In this document: piece by piece, positions 22,980 through 32,823 of the stretch
Layout of the letters: each line of letters opens with the position of its first letter
Numbering within the stretch: the first letter of the stretch is position 1
Assembly: GCA_902514645.1 (NCBI GenBank)
Contig: CABXRO010000003.1
Span: forward strand, 1,068 to 65,067
DNA length: 64,000 nucleotides
Origin: an uncultured SAR86 cluster bacterium
GTDB lineage: Bacteria; Pseudomonadota; Gammaproteobacteria; Magnimaribacterales; AG-339-G14
Direction: 5' to 3'
Notes under the pieces: generated by a model
What the model was told of the DNA's origin: nothing
The model's input: only the letters and a program-made list of their open reading frames with translations
Databases searched by the model: none
Translations under genes and position numbers: made by a program

Positions 22980-23933
22980 ATGAATTCTAAAAACAACTTA
23001 GTTATTTTCTCCGGAAATTCTAATATTGGTCTCGCAAAAAAAATCGTTAAAAAACTAAATAAACCTCTCGGAAAAGCTACTGTGGGGAGATTTAGCGATC
23101 AAGAAATGAATATCAAGATAGAAGAAAATGTTCGGGGAAAGGATGTTTTCATAGTTCAATCAACTTGTTTTCCGGCGAATGATAATTTAATGGAATTGAT
23201 CATTATGATCGATGCTTTGAGACGAGCTTCGGCATCAAGAATTACAGCAGTGATCCCCTATTTTGGATATGCTCGACAAGATAGAAGAGTTAGATCGGAA
23301 AGAGTTCCGATAAGTGCAAAGTTAGTTGCTGATATGTTGCAAAGTGCTGGTGCCAACAGGGTTCTTACTATAGAACTTCACTCTGATCAAATTCAAGGCT
23401 TCTTTAATATTCCAGTTGATAATGTCTATGGAACAAGTGTAATTTTCGACCACATCGTAAAGTCAAAATACAAAAATCAGATGGTGGTTTCTCCTGACGT
23501 TGGAGGAGTTGTTAGAGCAAGAGCATTGGCTAAGTTTTTAGATGATGCTGATTTAGCAATTATTGATAAAAGAAGAGAAAAGGAAAATCAATCTCAGGTC
23601 ATGAATGTTATTGGAGATGTGAAAAATAAAACATGTATTCTTGTTGACGATATTATCGATACGGCTGGAACAATTTGTAATGCTGCTGAAGCCTTAAAGA
23701 AGTCCGGCGCTAAAAAGGTCGTAAGTTACGCTACTCATGCAGTCCTATCCGGAGAGGCGCTAAAAAATATTAGTAATTCAAGACTAGACGAATTAATAGT
23801 TACTGATACAATTCCGCTTTCAGAAATGGCTTCATCAACTAAAAAGATTAAAACTATCTCTATGGATAAAACTATAGCCGAAGCTATTAATAGGGTTAAC
23901 AAAGAAGAATCCATTAGCCAAATGTTTTTATAA
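22980..23933 (+). CDS. prs: Ribose-phosphate pyrophosphokinase
   Basis: [35 protein letters not shown]. True start is ATG 22980; the ORF-track start lies inside the tRNA. Confidence 0.98.
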   Translation: MNSKNNLVIFSGNSNIGLAKKIVKKLNKPLGKATVGRFSDQEMNIKIEENVRGKDVFIVQSTCFPANDNLMELIIMIDALRRASASRITAVIPYFGYARQDRRVRSERVPISAKLVADMLQSAGANRVLTIELHSDQIQGFFNIPVDNVYGTSVIFDHIVKSKYKNQMVVSPDVGGVVRARALAKFLDDADLAIIDKRREKENQSQVMNVIGDVKNKTCILVDDIIDTAGTICNAAEALKKSGAKKVVSYATHAVLSGEALKNISNSRLDELIVTDTIPLSEMASSTKKIKTISMDKTIAEAINRVNKEESISQMFL

Positions 23934-23935
23934 CA

Positions 23936-24634
23936 ATGAGTGAATCAACATCTATATCAGCTGAAATAAGAGAAAATAATATTTCTGCAAAAATCTTGAG
24001 AAAATCAGGAGAAATTCCTGCAATAGTTTATGGTCAAGAAAACGATCCTAAATTAGTTAAAATTTTAGAAAAAGATTTGGTAAAAATTCTTGAAAATCCT
24101 AGTATTTTTTCTCAAGTGATTGAGCTCAACCAAAATGATGGTGCCGTGAAAGTTATTTTGAAAGAAGTTCAGGTAAACCCTTCTAATGACAGACCGATCC
24201 ATGTCGATTTTCAAGCTGTAAGTGAAAAGACCAATATAACAATTAATGTGCCTCTAAAATTTACTAATGAAGAGGTTTGTATCGGAGTAAAACAACAAGG
24301 CGGAATGATTTCACATCTCAAAAATGAAATTGAATTGACTTGTAATGCGCAAAATCTTCCAGAGTTCATTGAGATTGACATGAAAGATTTAGAAATAGGT
24401 TCAAATGTTATGCAATCTCAAATTATCCTTCCAGAAGGAGTTTCTCTGAGTACTAATATTCTTAATAACCAAGATCAACCAGTCGCAAGTGTAAACGTTA
24501 CTCGAGCTGCCCTTGATATTGACGATGAGCCTTCTGAGGGCGAACAAGATGAATCTGAAGAGTCTACCGATGAGGCGTCTGAAACTAAAGATGCTGCGGA
24601 TGAGAGTAGCTCTGAGATAGAATCTAAAGACTAA
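23936..24634 (+). CDS. rplY: 50S ribosomal protein L25/Ctc (long form, acidic tail)
   Basis: IPAIVYG, PIHVDF, GVKQQGG, LPEFIEID; between prs and pth. Confidence 0.95.
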   Translation: MSESTSISAEIRENNISAKILRKSGEIPAIVYGQENDPKLVKILEKDLVKILENPSIFSQVIELNQNDGAVKVILKEVQVNPSNDRPIHVDFQAVSEKTNITINVPLKFTNEEVCIGVKQQGGMISHLKNEIELTCNAQNLPEFIEIDMKDLEIGSNVMQSQIILPEGVSLSTNILNNQDQPVASVNVTRAALDIDDEPSEGEQDESEESTDEASETKDAADESSSEIESKD

Positions 24635-24648
24635 CTTTTTAAGTTTTC

Positions 24649-25218
24649 ATGAGCTCTTTTCTAGTTGTTGGCCTAGGTAATCCAGGCTCAAGATATTCCA
24701 ATACCAGGCATAATGTTGGAACAGACTTTATCCTTGAAGCCCAAAAAAAATACTCTTTTGATTTAAAAGAAAAGAAAACATTAAAATCTTTTATGGCAGA
24801 AGTAGTTATTCAAGATAAAAAAGTTATTTTTGCGATTCCCACTATTTTTATGAATCATAGCGGAGTAGCTTTGAAGTTATTAAAAAATAAGTTCAACACG
24901 GATACAGAAAATATTATTGTGATTCATGATGATCTTGACCTAAAGTCAGGAGTAATAAAATTAAAAGCAGGTGGAGGGCATGGAGGTCACAATGGCTTGA
25001 AAAGTATTTTTGAAAATCTTAGATCGCAAGATTTTAAAAGAATTAGAATTGGAATTGATCATCCAGGTGATAGGAAAAAAGTAAATAAGTACGTGATTCA
25101 GAAAGGAAAAAAAGAGGAAAAAATGGATCGCTTGCGATGCATAAACAAAGGCCTATCTGTTATGACATTTATACTACAAGAGGATTGGGATACAGCCTTA
25201 AATAAACTAAACAACTAA
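24649..25218 (+). CDS. pth: Peptidyl-tRNA hydrolase
   Basis: VGLGNPG, TRHNVG, FMNHSG, HDDLD, GGHGGHNGLKS, RIRIGI. Confidence 0.97.
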   Translation: MSSFLVVGLGNPGSRYSNTRHNVGTDFILEAQKKYSFDLKEKKTLKSFMAEVVIQDKKVIFAIPTIFMNHSGVALKLLKNKFNTDTENIIVIHDDLDLKSGVIKLKAGGGHGGHNGLKSIFENLRSQDFKRIRIGIDHPGDRKKVNKYVIQKGKKEEKMDRLRCINKGLSVMTFILQEDWDTALNKLNN

Positions 25219-26306
25219 TGTCTTTAAAATGTGGAATAGTTGGCTTACCTAATGTCGGTAAATCAACTTTATTTAATGCTCTTACTGCCTCGAAGATTGC
25301 TGCAGAAAACTTTCCCTTTTGTACGATAGAGCCTAATCATGGGATAGTTGAATTACCTGATGAAAGATTGAATAAAATTTCAGAAATATCTAACTCAGAA
25401 AAAATAATTCCTGCCACTGTTGAATTCGTTGATATTGCAGGTTTGGTTGAAGGCGCTTCCAAAGGAGAAGGTTTAGGAAATAAATTTTTAGGTCACATTA
25501 GAGAGACTCAAACTATTATTCATGTTGTCAGGTGCTTTGAAGATAAAGAGGTTACTCATGTGAATGAAAGAGTAGATCCAATTTCGGATGTTGAAATCAT
25601 AGAAATGGAATTGATCTTGTCAGATATAGAATCTTTAGAGAAAACAAAAGAAAGAATTGTTAGAAAAGCAAAAAGTGGAGATAAGGATTTATTGAAAGAT
25701 CTTTCAAGAATTGAAGATATTTTAATCATTCTTAAAAAAGGAGATTCTCTTTTTGAATATCTAAAGGACGAAGAAAATAAAAATTTTGTAAGTGAAGTTG
25801 GCCTTCTATCTGCAAAACCAGTCATCTTTGTTGCAAATTTGAATGAAGACATGGAAGAAACCGATGGTCTTAAAAAATTAAGAGAAAAGGCACATTCAAG
25901 TGGCTCGCAATTAATTGAAATGTGTAACCAAATAGAATTTGAAATAAGTGAACTTGAAAACGAAAGTAGGCAGGAACTTATTGATCTCGTAGGTTTAGAA
26001 GAGCCGGGTCTTAACAAATTAATAAAGACTGCTTTTAGAACTTTAGGACTGCAAACTTTCTTTACAGCGGGTAAATCAGAATCTAGAGCTTGGGTAATAA
26101 AAAACGGTACCAAAGCCCCAGAAGCTGCAGGAGTAATCCATACTGATTTTAAAAAAGGATTCATTCGAGCCGAAGCTGTATCTTTTAAAGATTTTATAGA
26201 ATTTGATGGAGAGCAAGGTGCAAAAGCTCAAGGAAAATGGAGATCTGAAGGATCAGATTACGAAGTTAAAGACGGTGATATAATTTTATTTAGATTTAAC
26301 GTTTAG
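25218..26306 (+). CDS. ychF: Ribosome-binding ATPase YchF
   Basis: GIVGLPNVGKSTLFNALT, FPFCTIEPN, DIAGLV, C-terminal FRFNV. Confidence 0.98.
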   Translation: MSLKCGIVGLPNVGKSTLFNALTASKIAAENFPFCTIEPNHGIVELPDERLNKISEISNSEKIIPATVEFVDIAGLVEGASKGEGLGNKFLGHIRETQTIIHVVRCFEDKEVTHVNERVDPISDVEIIEMELILSDIESLEKTKERIVRKAKSGDKDLLKDLSRIEDILIILKKGDSLFEYLKDEENKNFVSEVGLLSAKPVIFVANLNEDMEETDGLKKLREKAHSSGSQLIEMCNQIEFEISELENESRQELIDLVGLEEPGLNKLIKTAFRTLGLQTFFTAGKSESRAWVIKNGTKAPEAAGVIHTDFKKGFIRAEAVSFKDFIEFDGEQGAKAQGKWRSEGSDYEVKDGDIILFRFNV

Positions 26307-26310
26307 AATC

Positions 26311-26339
26311 TTGACAATTAGTCTAACTACAAAGAGAAT
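26311..26339 (+). promoter_or_regulatory. Sigma70 promoter for tRNA-Met
   Basis: TTGACA-17 nt-GAGAAT ending 9 nt upstream of the tRNA. Confidence 0.7.
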
Positions 26340-26348
26340 CCATTTTTT

Positions 26349-26425
26349 GGCTATGTAGCTCAGCTGGTTAGAGCGCAGCATTCATAATGCTGAGGTCGGT
26401 AGTTCAAGTCTACCCATAGCCACCA
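26349..26425 (+). tRNA. tRNA-Met(CAT), elongator
   Basis: GGCTATG/CATAGCC acceptor stem, anticodon arm CAGCA-TTCATAA-TGCTG, encoded CCA; resembles the metT type. Confidence 0.95.
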
Positions 26426-26438
26426 ATAATTTTAAGAA

Positions 26439-26852
26439 TTAAGGATCTACTTGATCTGGAGCGCAGTTGTCGATTAGAAGAACTTGCATCTCTTCTAATA
26501 CTGCAAGAGTTTCTTTATATTCAACTACTTTGGGGTCTACTGCAGTTGATCTAAAGCCAAAAAAGTTTTGTCCTGATCTTGGATTATTTGTTTCAAACCC
26601 AAAAGAAGCATAACCTGTATCTCTGTCAGCCTGTTCTGTTAATTTTGAAGCTAAATCTGAGATGATCGCGGAAACCCTAATTACTTGCTCTGTTAACTCA
26701 ATACAATTGAGCTCTGTTGGATCAAAATCGAAGTGAGAATAATCAGATGTAGGGCTCCTATACCACCATACAGGGTTAGCACAGCCAATTAAAAATAAAG
26801 CTATAAAGCCATAAAATAGGTACTTTTGGTTAGCTTTTTCCAAAAAATTCAT
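26439..26852 (-). CDS. Hypothetical lipoprotein
   Basis: Hydrophobic signal with lipobox LIGC; two further Cys. Probable start is ATG 26852 (MNFLEK). Confidence 0.7.
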   Translation of the reverse strand: MNFLEKANQKYLFYGFIALFLIGCANPVWWYRSPTSDYSHFDFDPTELNCIELTEQVIRVSAIISDLASKLTEQADRDTGYASFGFETNNPRSGQNFFGFRSTAVDPKVVEYKETLAVLEEMQVLLIDNCAPDQVDP

Positions 26853-26908
26853 TCTGTCTCCCAAGAGCATTAATTTATCAAATTTCTAATTTAATTAAAA
26901 CAGAATTT

Positions 26909-28996
26909 TTATTCAGATGATACTTCTTTCATTGAGAGTTTTACTTTTCCTCTATCATCTATTCCTATAACTTTGATTTCAACTTCTTCTCCTTCGACAA
27001 GGTAATCAGCGATATTTTTTACCCTCTCTTCAGAAATTTCTGAAATGTGCACTAAACCTTCTCTTCCTTTATCAAAAGAAACAAAGGCACCAAAATCTAC
27101 TATTTTTTCTACTGTCCCTAAAGTCACCAAGCCTACTTCGGGATCAGATGTAATAAACTCGATTTTTTGTAAAGCATCTTCTCGTTCTTCCTTGCTTCGG
27201 CCATAAATTTTCACAGATCCATTATCAGAGATATCAATATTTGTATTAGTTTCCTCGGTAAGTTTCTTTATATTTGCTCCACCTTTACCAATGACCTCGC
27301 CTATTTTATTTTTAGGAATTTTTAGCTCGATTGCCTGAGGGGCAAGAGGAGACAATTCAGTCCTACTTTCAGATAAAACTTTATTCATTTCCCCTAAAAT
27401 ATGATTTCTTGCTGTATGAGCTTTATTAAGAGCATCTTCAAGAATTTGTTCGTTTATTCCAGCAATTTTTATATCCATTTGTAAAGCGGTTACACCTTCA
27501 TCTGTTCCAGCTACTTTAAAATCCATATCTCCAAGATGATCTTCATCTCCCAAGATATCGGTTATGACGCAGTGTTGATCATCAGTTTTTACTAATCCCA
27601 TAGCAACTCCTGCTACGGGTTTTTTTAATGGAATTCCAGCATCCATCATTGCTAAACTTGAAGCACAAACTGTAGCCATAGAACTTGAACCATTAGACTC
27701 AGTAATTTCTGATACAACTCTAATTGCATATTCAAAATCTGCAGGGTTAGGCAGAACTGCTTCTAAGGCTCGTCTTGCAAGTTTTCCGTGACCAATTTCT
27801 CTTCTTTTTGGGCTTCCAACCATTCCTGCTTCTCCGACAGAGAAAGGAGGAAAATTATAATGAAGCATAAAAGGATCCTTTAAATCTCCATGTAACGAAT
27901 CAATTAATTGTGAGAGTTTTAATGAATCCATAGTTGCTACAGAAATAGATTGAGTCTCACCCCTAGTAAATAATGCAGAGCCATGAGCTTGTGGTAAAAC
28001 TCCAACCTCAATTGATATAGGTCTAACAGTATCAAGATCTCTACCATCAATTCTAGATTCTCCGGATAATAGTCGGGATCTAACAATTTCAGACTCTAAA
28101 GATTTAAATTGACTAAGAGCTTCATCGATTTTTTCATCTTCAGGATCTTCAAAAGATGCCTTAACTTTTTCTTTCAATTCAGAAATTTTTTCTTGTCGAA
28201 TAGCTTTTTCAGCTATTTGATAAGCTTCAGATAATTCATCAGAAATTAGGCTTTTAATATTTTCCTTTATTTCTAAATCTTCTTCTTCAGCCTCATACTC
28301 AATTTGGGTAACATTTGCTTGAGAGACTAATTCTTCTATTAACTCAAGACTTGGCTTCATTTCAGCTTGAGCAAAAAGAATAGCTCCAAGCATTTGATCT
28401 TCAGAAAGTTCTTTTGCCTCTGATTCAACCATGAATATCGCATCCTGCGATCCTGCAACCATCATGTTCAATGAAGATTCTTTTAAATCATCTAAAGAAG
28501 GATTAAGAACATAATTGCCATCAATAAAACCAACTTTTGCAGCAGATAAAGGACCTTGAAACGGAAGTCCTGAGAGCTGGAGTGCAGCTGAAGCACCTAT
28601 AATCGATATGACATCTGCATCATCATTTTTGTCCATTGACAAAACTGTACAGATAATTTGCACTTCTCTGCCGAAGCCTTTTGGAAATAGAGGTCTAATA
28701 GGTCTATCTATTAATCTTGAGGTAAGAACTTCTTTTTCAGAAGGCCTTCCTTCTCTTCGAAAAAAGCTGCCGGGAATTTTTCCTGAGGCATAAAACTTTT
28801 CTATATAGTTTACGGTAAGGGGAAAAAACCCCATGCCTGATTTATCTTGTCCAGCAACTACGGTCACCAAAACTTTGGTATCTCCTGAAGATGCAATGAC
28901 TGAACCAGTTGCTTGTCTAGCAACCTTACCTGTTTCTAATGTAACATTTCTTCCTGCAATTTCTTTAGTGCAAGATATAACTTTTATATCATTCAT
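26909..28996 (-). CDS. pnp: Polyribonucleotide nucleotidyltransferase
   Basis: FFPLTVNY, SRLIDRPIRP, RREIGHG, ESNGSSSMA, DHLGDMDFKVAG; KH and S1 domains. Confidence 0.99.
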   Translation of the reverse strand: MNDIKVISCTKEIAGRNVTLETGKVARQATGSVIASSGDTKVLVTVVAGQDKSGMGFFPLTVNYIEKFYASGKIPGSFFRREGRPSEKEVLTSRLIDRPIRPLFPKGFGREVQIICTVLSMDKNDDADVISIIGASAALQLSGLPFQGPLSAAKVGFIDGNYVLNPSLDDLKESSLNMMVAGSQDAIFMVESEAKELSEDQMLGAILFAQAEMKPSLELIEELVSQANVTQIEYEAEEEDLEIKENIKSLISDELSEAYQIAEKAIRQEKISELKEKVKASFEDPEDEKIDEALSQFKSLESEIVRSRLLSGESRIDGRDLDTVRPISIEVGVLPQAHGSALFTRGETQSISVATMDSLKLSQLIDSLHGDLKDPFMLHYNFPPFSVGEAGMVGSPKRREIGHGKLARRALEAVLPNPADFEYAIRVVSEITESNGSSSMATVCASSLAMMDAGIPLKKPVAGVAMGLVKTDDQHCVITDILGDEDHLGDMDFKVAGTDEGVTALQMDIKIAGINEQILEDALNKAHTARNHILGEMNKVLSESRTELSPLAPQAIELKIPKNKIGEVIGKGGANIKKLTEETNTNIDISDNGSVKIYGRSKEEREDALQKIEFITSDPEVGLVTLGTVEKIVDFGAFVSFDKGREGLVHISEISEERVKNIADYLVEGEEVEIKVIGIDDRGKVKLSMKEVSSE

Positions 28997-29025
28997 TTGT
29001 TTTCCTTAATTTGTGTAACTCGAAG

Positions 29026-29295
29026 TTACTTTCTGAGGTTTAATTCTGAAAGAATAGAACTGTATCTTTTAGGATCTTTTTTCTTCAAATAATCCAAAAG
29101 CTTACGTCTGGTATTGACCATTCTCAAAAGGCCCTGTCTCGAGTGGTGATCTTTAGCATGGTCTTTAAAATGAGCTTGTAAAGATTCAATATTCGCCGTG
29201 AGCAAAGCTATTTGAACTTCTGGGGAGCCTGTATCTTCCTTGGACTGGGCAAACTTTGAAATAATCTCTTCCTTTGTTTTTGTTTCTAAACTCAA
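29026..29295 (-). CDS. rpsO: 30S ribosomal protein S15
   Basis: [22 protein letters not shown]; TTG start after a strong TAAGGAGG SD. Confidence 0.98.
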   Translation of the reverse strand: MSLETKTKEEIISKFAQSKEDTGSPEVQIALLTANIESLQAHFKDHAKDHHSRQGLLRMVNTRRKLLDYLKKKDPKRYSSILSELNLRK

Positions 29296-29314
29296 GAACT
29301 TCCTCCTTAGTTAT

Positions 29315-30187
29315 TTAATTTTCTATAGATATTAACCTTTTGGGTGAAACTAAACCGTTAATGTTTTTTAAAATTCCAATGAATTTATTTTTTTTGTCAA
29401 ACAATCTCAGGTATTTGCTTTTTTTTTCGGCCTCTTTCAAATATATTTTTTGGCCTTTTTTTAATCTATCTATTATTTCTGTGGCGCATTGTATCTTATC
29501 TATGCATCTAAGTGCATCCCCCATTTGAATTATTTTATTTTTGATATTTTCGCTATTAATAGATTCTATTTCATAAGCTTCAGAAATATCATGGTTAGCA
29601 GAGTTGGTTCTTTGTAAATTAGATAATACTGCAACACAATCCAAATCCTTAGCGAGATCATTAATAAGAGATCTGATATACGTTCCTTTTCCACATTCAA
29701 CTAAAAACTTAAACTTGTTTTGATCAATAGAGATTAAATCTAATTTAAAAATTTCTATCTCTCTTATTTTCTTCGGTACTTCTTTATTTTTCCTGGCATA
29801 GTGGTAAAGGGGCTTGCCTTTATATTTTAAAGAAGAATATTTAGGTGCCTCTTGGTCTATTTTTCCAATATATTCTTTTGCGGTTTTTTTAAAATCGTTT
29901 TTTGTAGGTATTTTTTTAAGTTCCTTTTCAATTTTTCCATCTAGGTCGCCAGTATCAGTCTTGATACCAAACATCATTTCTGCGATATATGTCTTTTTTT
30001 CGTTTGCTAAAAAATTAGTAAAACGAGTCATTTGACCCAAGCATGCAAGGATTACTCCGCTGGCTAAAGGATCAAGAGTACCCGAGTGACCTATCTTGGA
30101 ATCATCAAGAAAAGGTTTTAGCTTTCTAATAAATTCTCCTGAAGAAATTCCAGAAGGTTTATTTAGGACTAATAATCCAGATATCAA
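29315..30187 (-). CDS. truB: tRNA pseudouridine(55) synthase
   Basis: LNKPSG, GHSGTLDPLASG, TDTGDLDG, KGTYIRSL. Confidence 0.96.
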   Translation of the reverse strand: MISGLLVLNKPSGISSGEFIRKLKPFLDDSKIGHSGTLDPLASGVILACLGQMTRFTNFLANEKKTYIAEMMFGIKTDTGDLDGKIEKELKKIPTKNDFKKTAKEYIGKIDQEAPKYSSLKYKGKPLYHYARKNKEVPKKIREIEIFKLDLISIDQNKFKFLVECGKGTYIRSLINDLAKDLDCVAVLSNLQRTNSANHDISEAYEIESINSENIKNKIIQMGDALRCIDKIQCATEIIDRLKKGQKIYLKEAEKKSKYLRLFDKKNKFIGILKNINGLVSPKRLISIEN

Positions 30188-30510
30188 AGTGGGCTATCCT
30201 GTTGATCTATTAAAAATAAAAGTTCAGGCATTTTTTTTAATTTAATATTTTGTCCTAACTTTTTTTTGACAAAGGGTTTTGAATTTTCTAAAGCTTTTGC
30301 AATGCTGTCTTGATCTTCATTTAATTTTTGATTTAGATAGTTAGAAAGAAATATTTTTGCTGATGATAAATCGTCGCTTAACCGAACTTCGGTTACTGTG
30401 AGGCCTTTAAGTCTTGGATCACTAATTTCAAAACTAAAGATATTAGCTATTTCTCGTCTTATGTTATCTGAAACTCTCTGAGCTCTTTTATACGGCTTTG
30501 AACTAAACAA
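30184..30510 (-). CDS. rbfA: Ribosome-binding factor A
   Basis: RAQRV, DPRL..LTVTEVRLSDDL..AKI, PELLF; between infB and truB. Confidence 0.93.
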   Translation of the reverse strand: MFSSKPYKRAQRVSDNIRREIANIFSFEISDPRLKGLTVTEVRLSDDLSSAKIFLSNYLNQKLNEDQDSIAKALENSKPFVKKKLGQNIKLKKMPELLFLIDQQDSPL

Positions 30511-32820
30511 TTAAATTTTTCTAGCAGTTTCTGTTCTCTCAAAAACTTCTATTTTATCTCCAACTTTTACATCGTTGTAATTTTCGATACCAATTCCACA
30601 TTCTGTTCCGCTTTTTACTTCACTTGCCTCATCTTTAAACCTTCTCAATGAATCTAGCTTACCCTCATGAATAACGACGTTGTCTCTTAAAACCCTAATT
30701 GGAAGGTTTTTAATCACTGCTCCTTCTATAACAATTGAACCAGCTATCAAGCCAAATTTAGGTGATTTAAAGGTATCCTTAACTTCTGCAATTCCAACTG
30801 TTATCTCTTTTATTTCAGGCTCAAGAGAACCTTCAATTATTTCTTTTACAGTATCTAGCAAGTCATAAATTATTCCAGAATAATGGATTTTTATCTCCTC
30901 AGCTTCTGCAAGAGTTTCTGCTGCAGCATCAGACCTTACATTAAAACCAAGAATAATAGCTTCTGAAGCGACAGCTAAGTTTACATCGTTCACAGATATA
31001 GGACCGACACCATCCAAAACTATTTTGATGTTAGCTTCCTCTACTTTTAAGTTATTTATGGCTCCTGCAATTGCTTCTGCAGAGCCATTTGTATCCGTTT
31101 TAATTATTAAATTTACAGAAGGTTTTGCCGAATCTCCTGCACCTGCAAAAATACCATCAAGACTAACTACTCCCTTTTTAGCAAGTCTATTATCTCTTCT
31201 TTTGCTCGCTCTTTCTTCAGATAAACTTTTAGCAGCCTTTTCATCTTTAACAACCATGAATTCCTGTCCAGCATTTGGAGGATACTCAAGCCCGGAGATT
31301 GCAACGGGAGATGATGGAGGAGAAGTTTTAATTTGAGATCCTAAAAAGTTTTTGAGACTTCTTATTTTCCTAAATTGATCGCCAATTAAAACAAAATCTC
31401 CACTATTTAAAGTACCTCTCTGAACAAGGAGTGTTGCAACAGCTCCCTCGCCTTTTTTAACGCCAGATTCTAGAACTACTCCAGATGCCGGACCATCATG
31501 ATTAGTTTTTAACTCTAACATTTCAGAAAGCAAACTGATGTTTTCAATTAAGTCATCTATTCCTTCACCAGTTTTTGCAGAAACAGGTACAACTTGAGTA
31601 TTTCCTCCCCAATCTTCAGGTACAAGGCCCATTTTAGAAAGATCTCCTTTTACTTTCTCAATGTCCGAATCAGGTTTATCAATTTTGTTTACAGCAACTA
31701 TCACCTGAACATTTGCAGCTTTTGCATGATTAAATGCCTCTTCTGTTTGAGGTTGAACGCTGTCATCAGCAGCTACAACTAAGACTACAATATCTGTTGA
31801 ATTGGCCCCTCTTGCTCTCATTTCTGAAAAGGCTGCGTGTCCAGGCGTATCAATAAATGTAATGATCTGGTTATTATGATCTACCTGATAAGCTCCAATT
31901 CCCTGAGTAATTCCTCCTTCTTCCTGATCAGCCACAGATGATTTTCTAATAAAATCAAGTATTGAAGTTTTACCATGGTCAACATGGCCTAGGACCGATA
32001 CTACAGGATTCCTTAGCTCTTCATCCCCTTCATAGACTATGTGTTCAAGAATTTTTTCTTCTTCGGATTCAATCTCTTGGGGAATACCAATATGTCCTAA
32101 CTCTTCAACCACCAAAATAGCCGTCTCTTGATCGATGGCTTGATTTAAGGTGACCATAACGCCACTGTTCATAAGTGATTTAATCAAATCTGATGATTTA
32201 ATAGATAGTTCTTTAGCAAGGTCTGAAACCACAATAGTTTCCGGAATACTTACTTCTCTTTGAATGAATTCTTGAGGTTTTTCAAATTTTTGAACATTTT
32301 CAAGGTTTTTTTCTAGAAATTTTTCCCCTTCCTGTTCTCTTTGGTCTTCTTTTGAACTATCTTTAAATGTTTTCTTATCCTTCTTGAGGTTTTGTGGAAT
32401 TTTCTTTTGAGGCTCCTGTTTTGTTTTTCTGACAACCTTTGTTTTTGACTCAGCCTTCTTTTTTTCTTCTTCAGCTGACTCATTCTGAGCATTCAACCTT
32501 TTTCTTTCTGCTTCATCGAAATCAATTGATCCAGCAAAGTCCTGTTTTACATTAGATTTTTTTTCCTTGTCTGGAGAATTAATTCTTGTAACGGATAAAT
32601 TTGGTTTTGCAGTTTTTTTGGAAGAGGTACTTAAAGAAATTGTTTTTTTACTATCTTTCTTACTATCTTTAATAAATTTTAAAAGTACTTTTTTATCTTC
32701 AGTACTTACAATATCCGTTTCTGATTGATGGGAAAGGCCTGCTGACTTCATCTGTGCCAACAAATTGTCTAAATCAATTTTTATTGCTTTAGATAGTTGT
32801 TTAACATTTATATCTGCCAT
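30511..32820 (-). CDS. infB: Translation initiation factor IF-2
   Basis: GHVDHGKTS, GGITQ, DTPGHAAF, NKID, SLRRFKD..ECGI. Confidence 0.99.
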   Translation of the reverse strand: MADINVKQLSKAIKIDLDNLLAQMKSAGLSHQSETDIVSTEDKKVLLKFIKDSKKDSKKTISLSTSSKKTAKPNLSVTRINSPDKEKKSNVKQDFAGSIDFDEAERKRLNAQNESAEEEKKKAESKTKVVRKTKQEPQKKIPQNLKKDKKTFKDSSKEDQREQEGEKFLEKNLENVQKFEKPQEFIQREVSIPETIVVSDLAKELSIKSSDLIKSLMNSGVMVTLNQAIDQETAILVVEELGHIGIPQEIESEEEKILEHIVYEGDEELRNPVVSVLGHVDHGKTSILDFIRKSSVADQEEGGITQGIGAYQVDHNNQIITFIDTPGHAAFSEMRARGANSTDIVVLVVAADDSVQPQTEEAFNHAKAANVQVIVAVNKIDKPDSDIEKVKGDLSKMGLVPEDWGGNTQVVPVSAKTGEGIDDLIENISLLSEMLELKTNHDGPASGVVLESGVKKGEGAVATLLVQRGTLNSGDFVLIGDQFRKIRSLKNFLGSQIKTSPPSSPVAISGLEYPPNAGQEFMVVKDEKAAKSLSEERASKRRDNRLAKKGVVSLDGIFAGAGDSAKPSVNLIIKTDTNGSAEAIAGAINNLKVEEANIKIVLDGVGPISVNDVNLAVASEAIILGFNVRSDAAAETLAEAEEIKIHYSGIIYDLLDTVKEIIEGSLEPEIKEITVGIAEVKDTFKSPKFGLIAGSIVIEGAVIKNLPIRVLRDNVVIHEGKLDSLRRFKDEASEVKSGTECGIGIENYNDVKVGDKIEVFERTETARKI

Positions 32821-32823
32821 AAT

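Noticed and set aside
24520-24634. Low-complexity acidic repeat at the end of rplY
   Set aside because: Common acidic tail of Ctc-type L25 proteins; not a DNA repeat array.
25556-26164. 202-aa antisense ORF within ychF, and the other short nested or antisense ORFs in the track
   Set aside because: Shadow frames of conserved genes with Ser/Phe/Leu-rich composition and no motifs.
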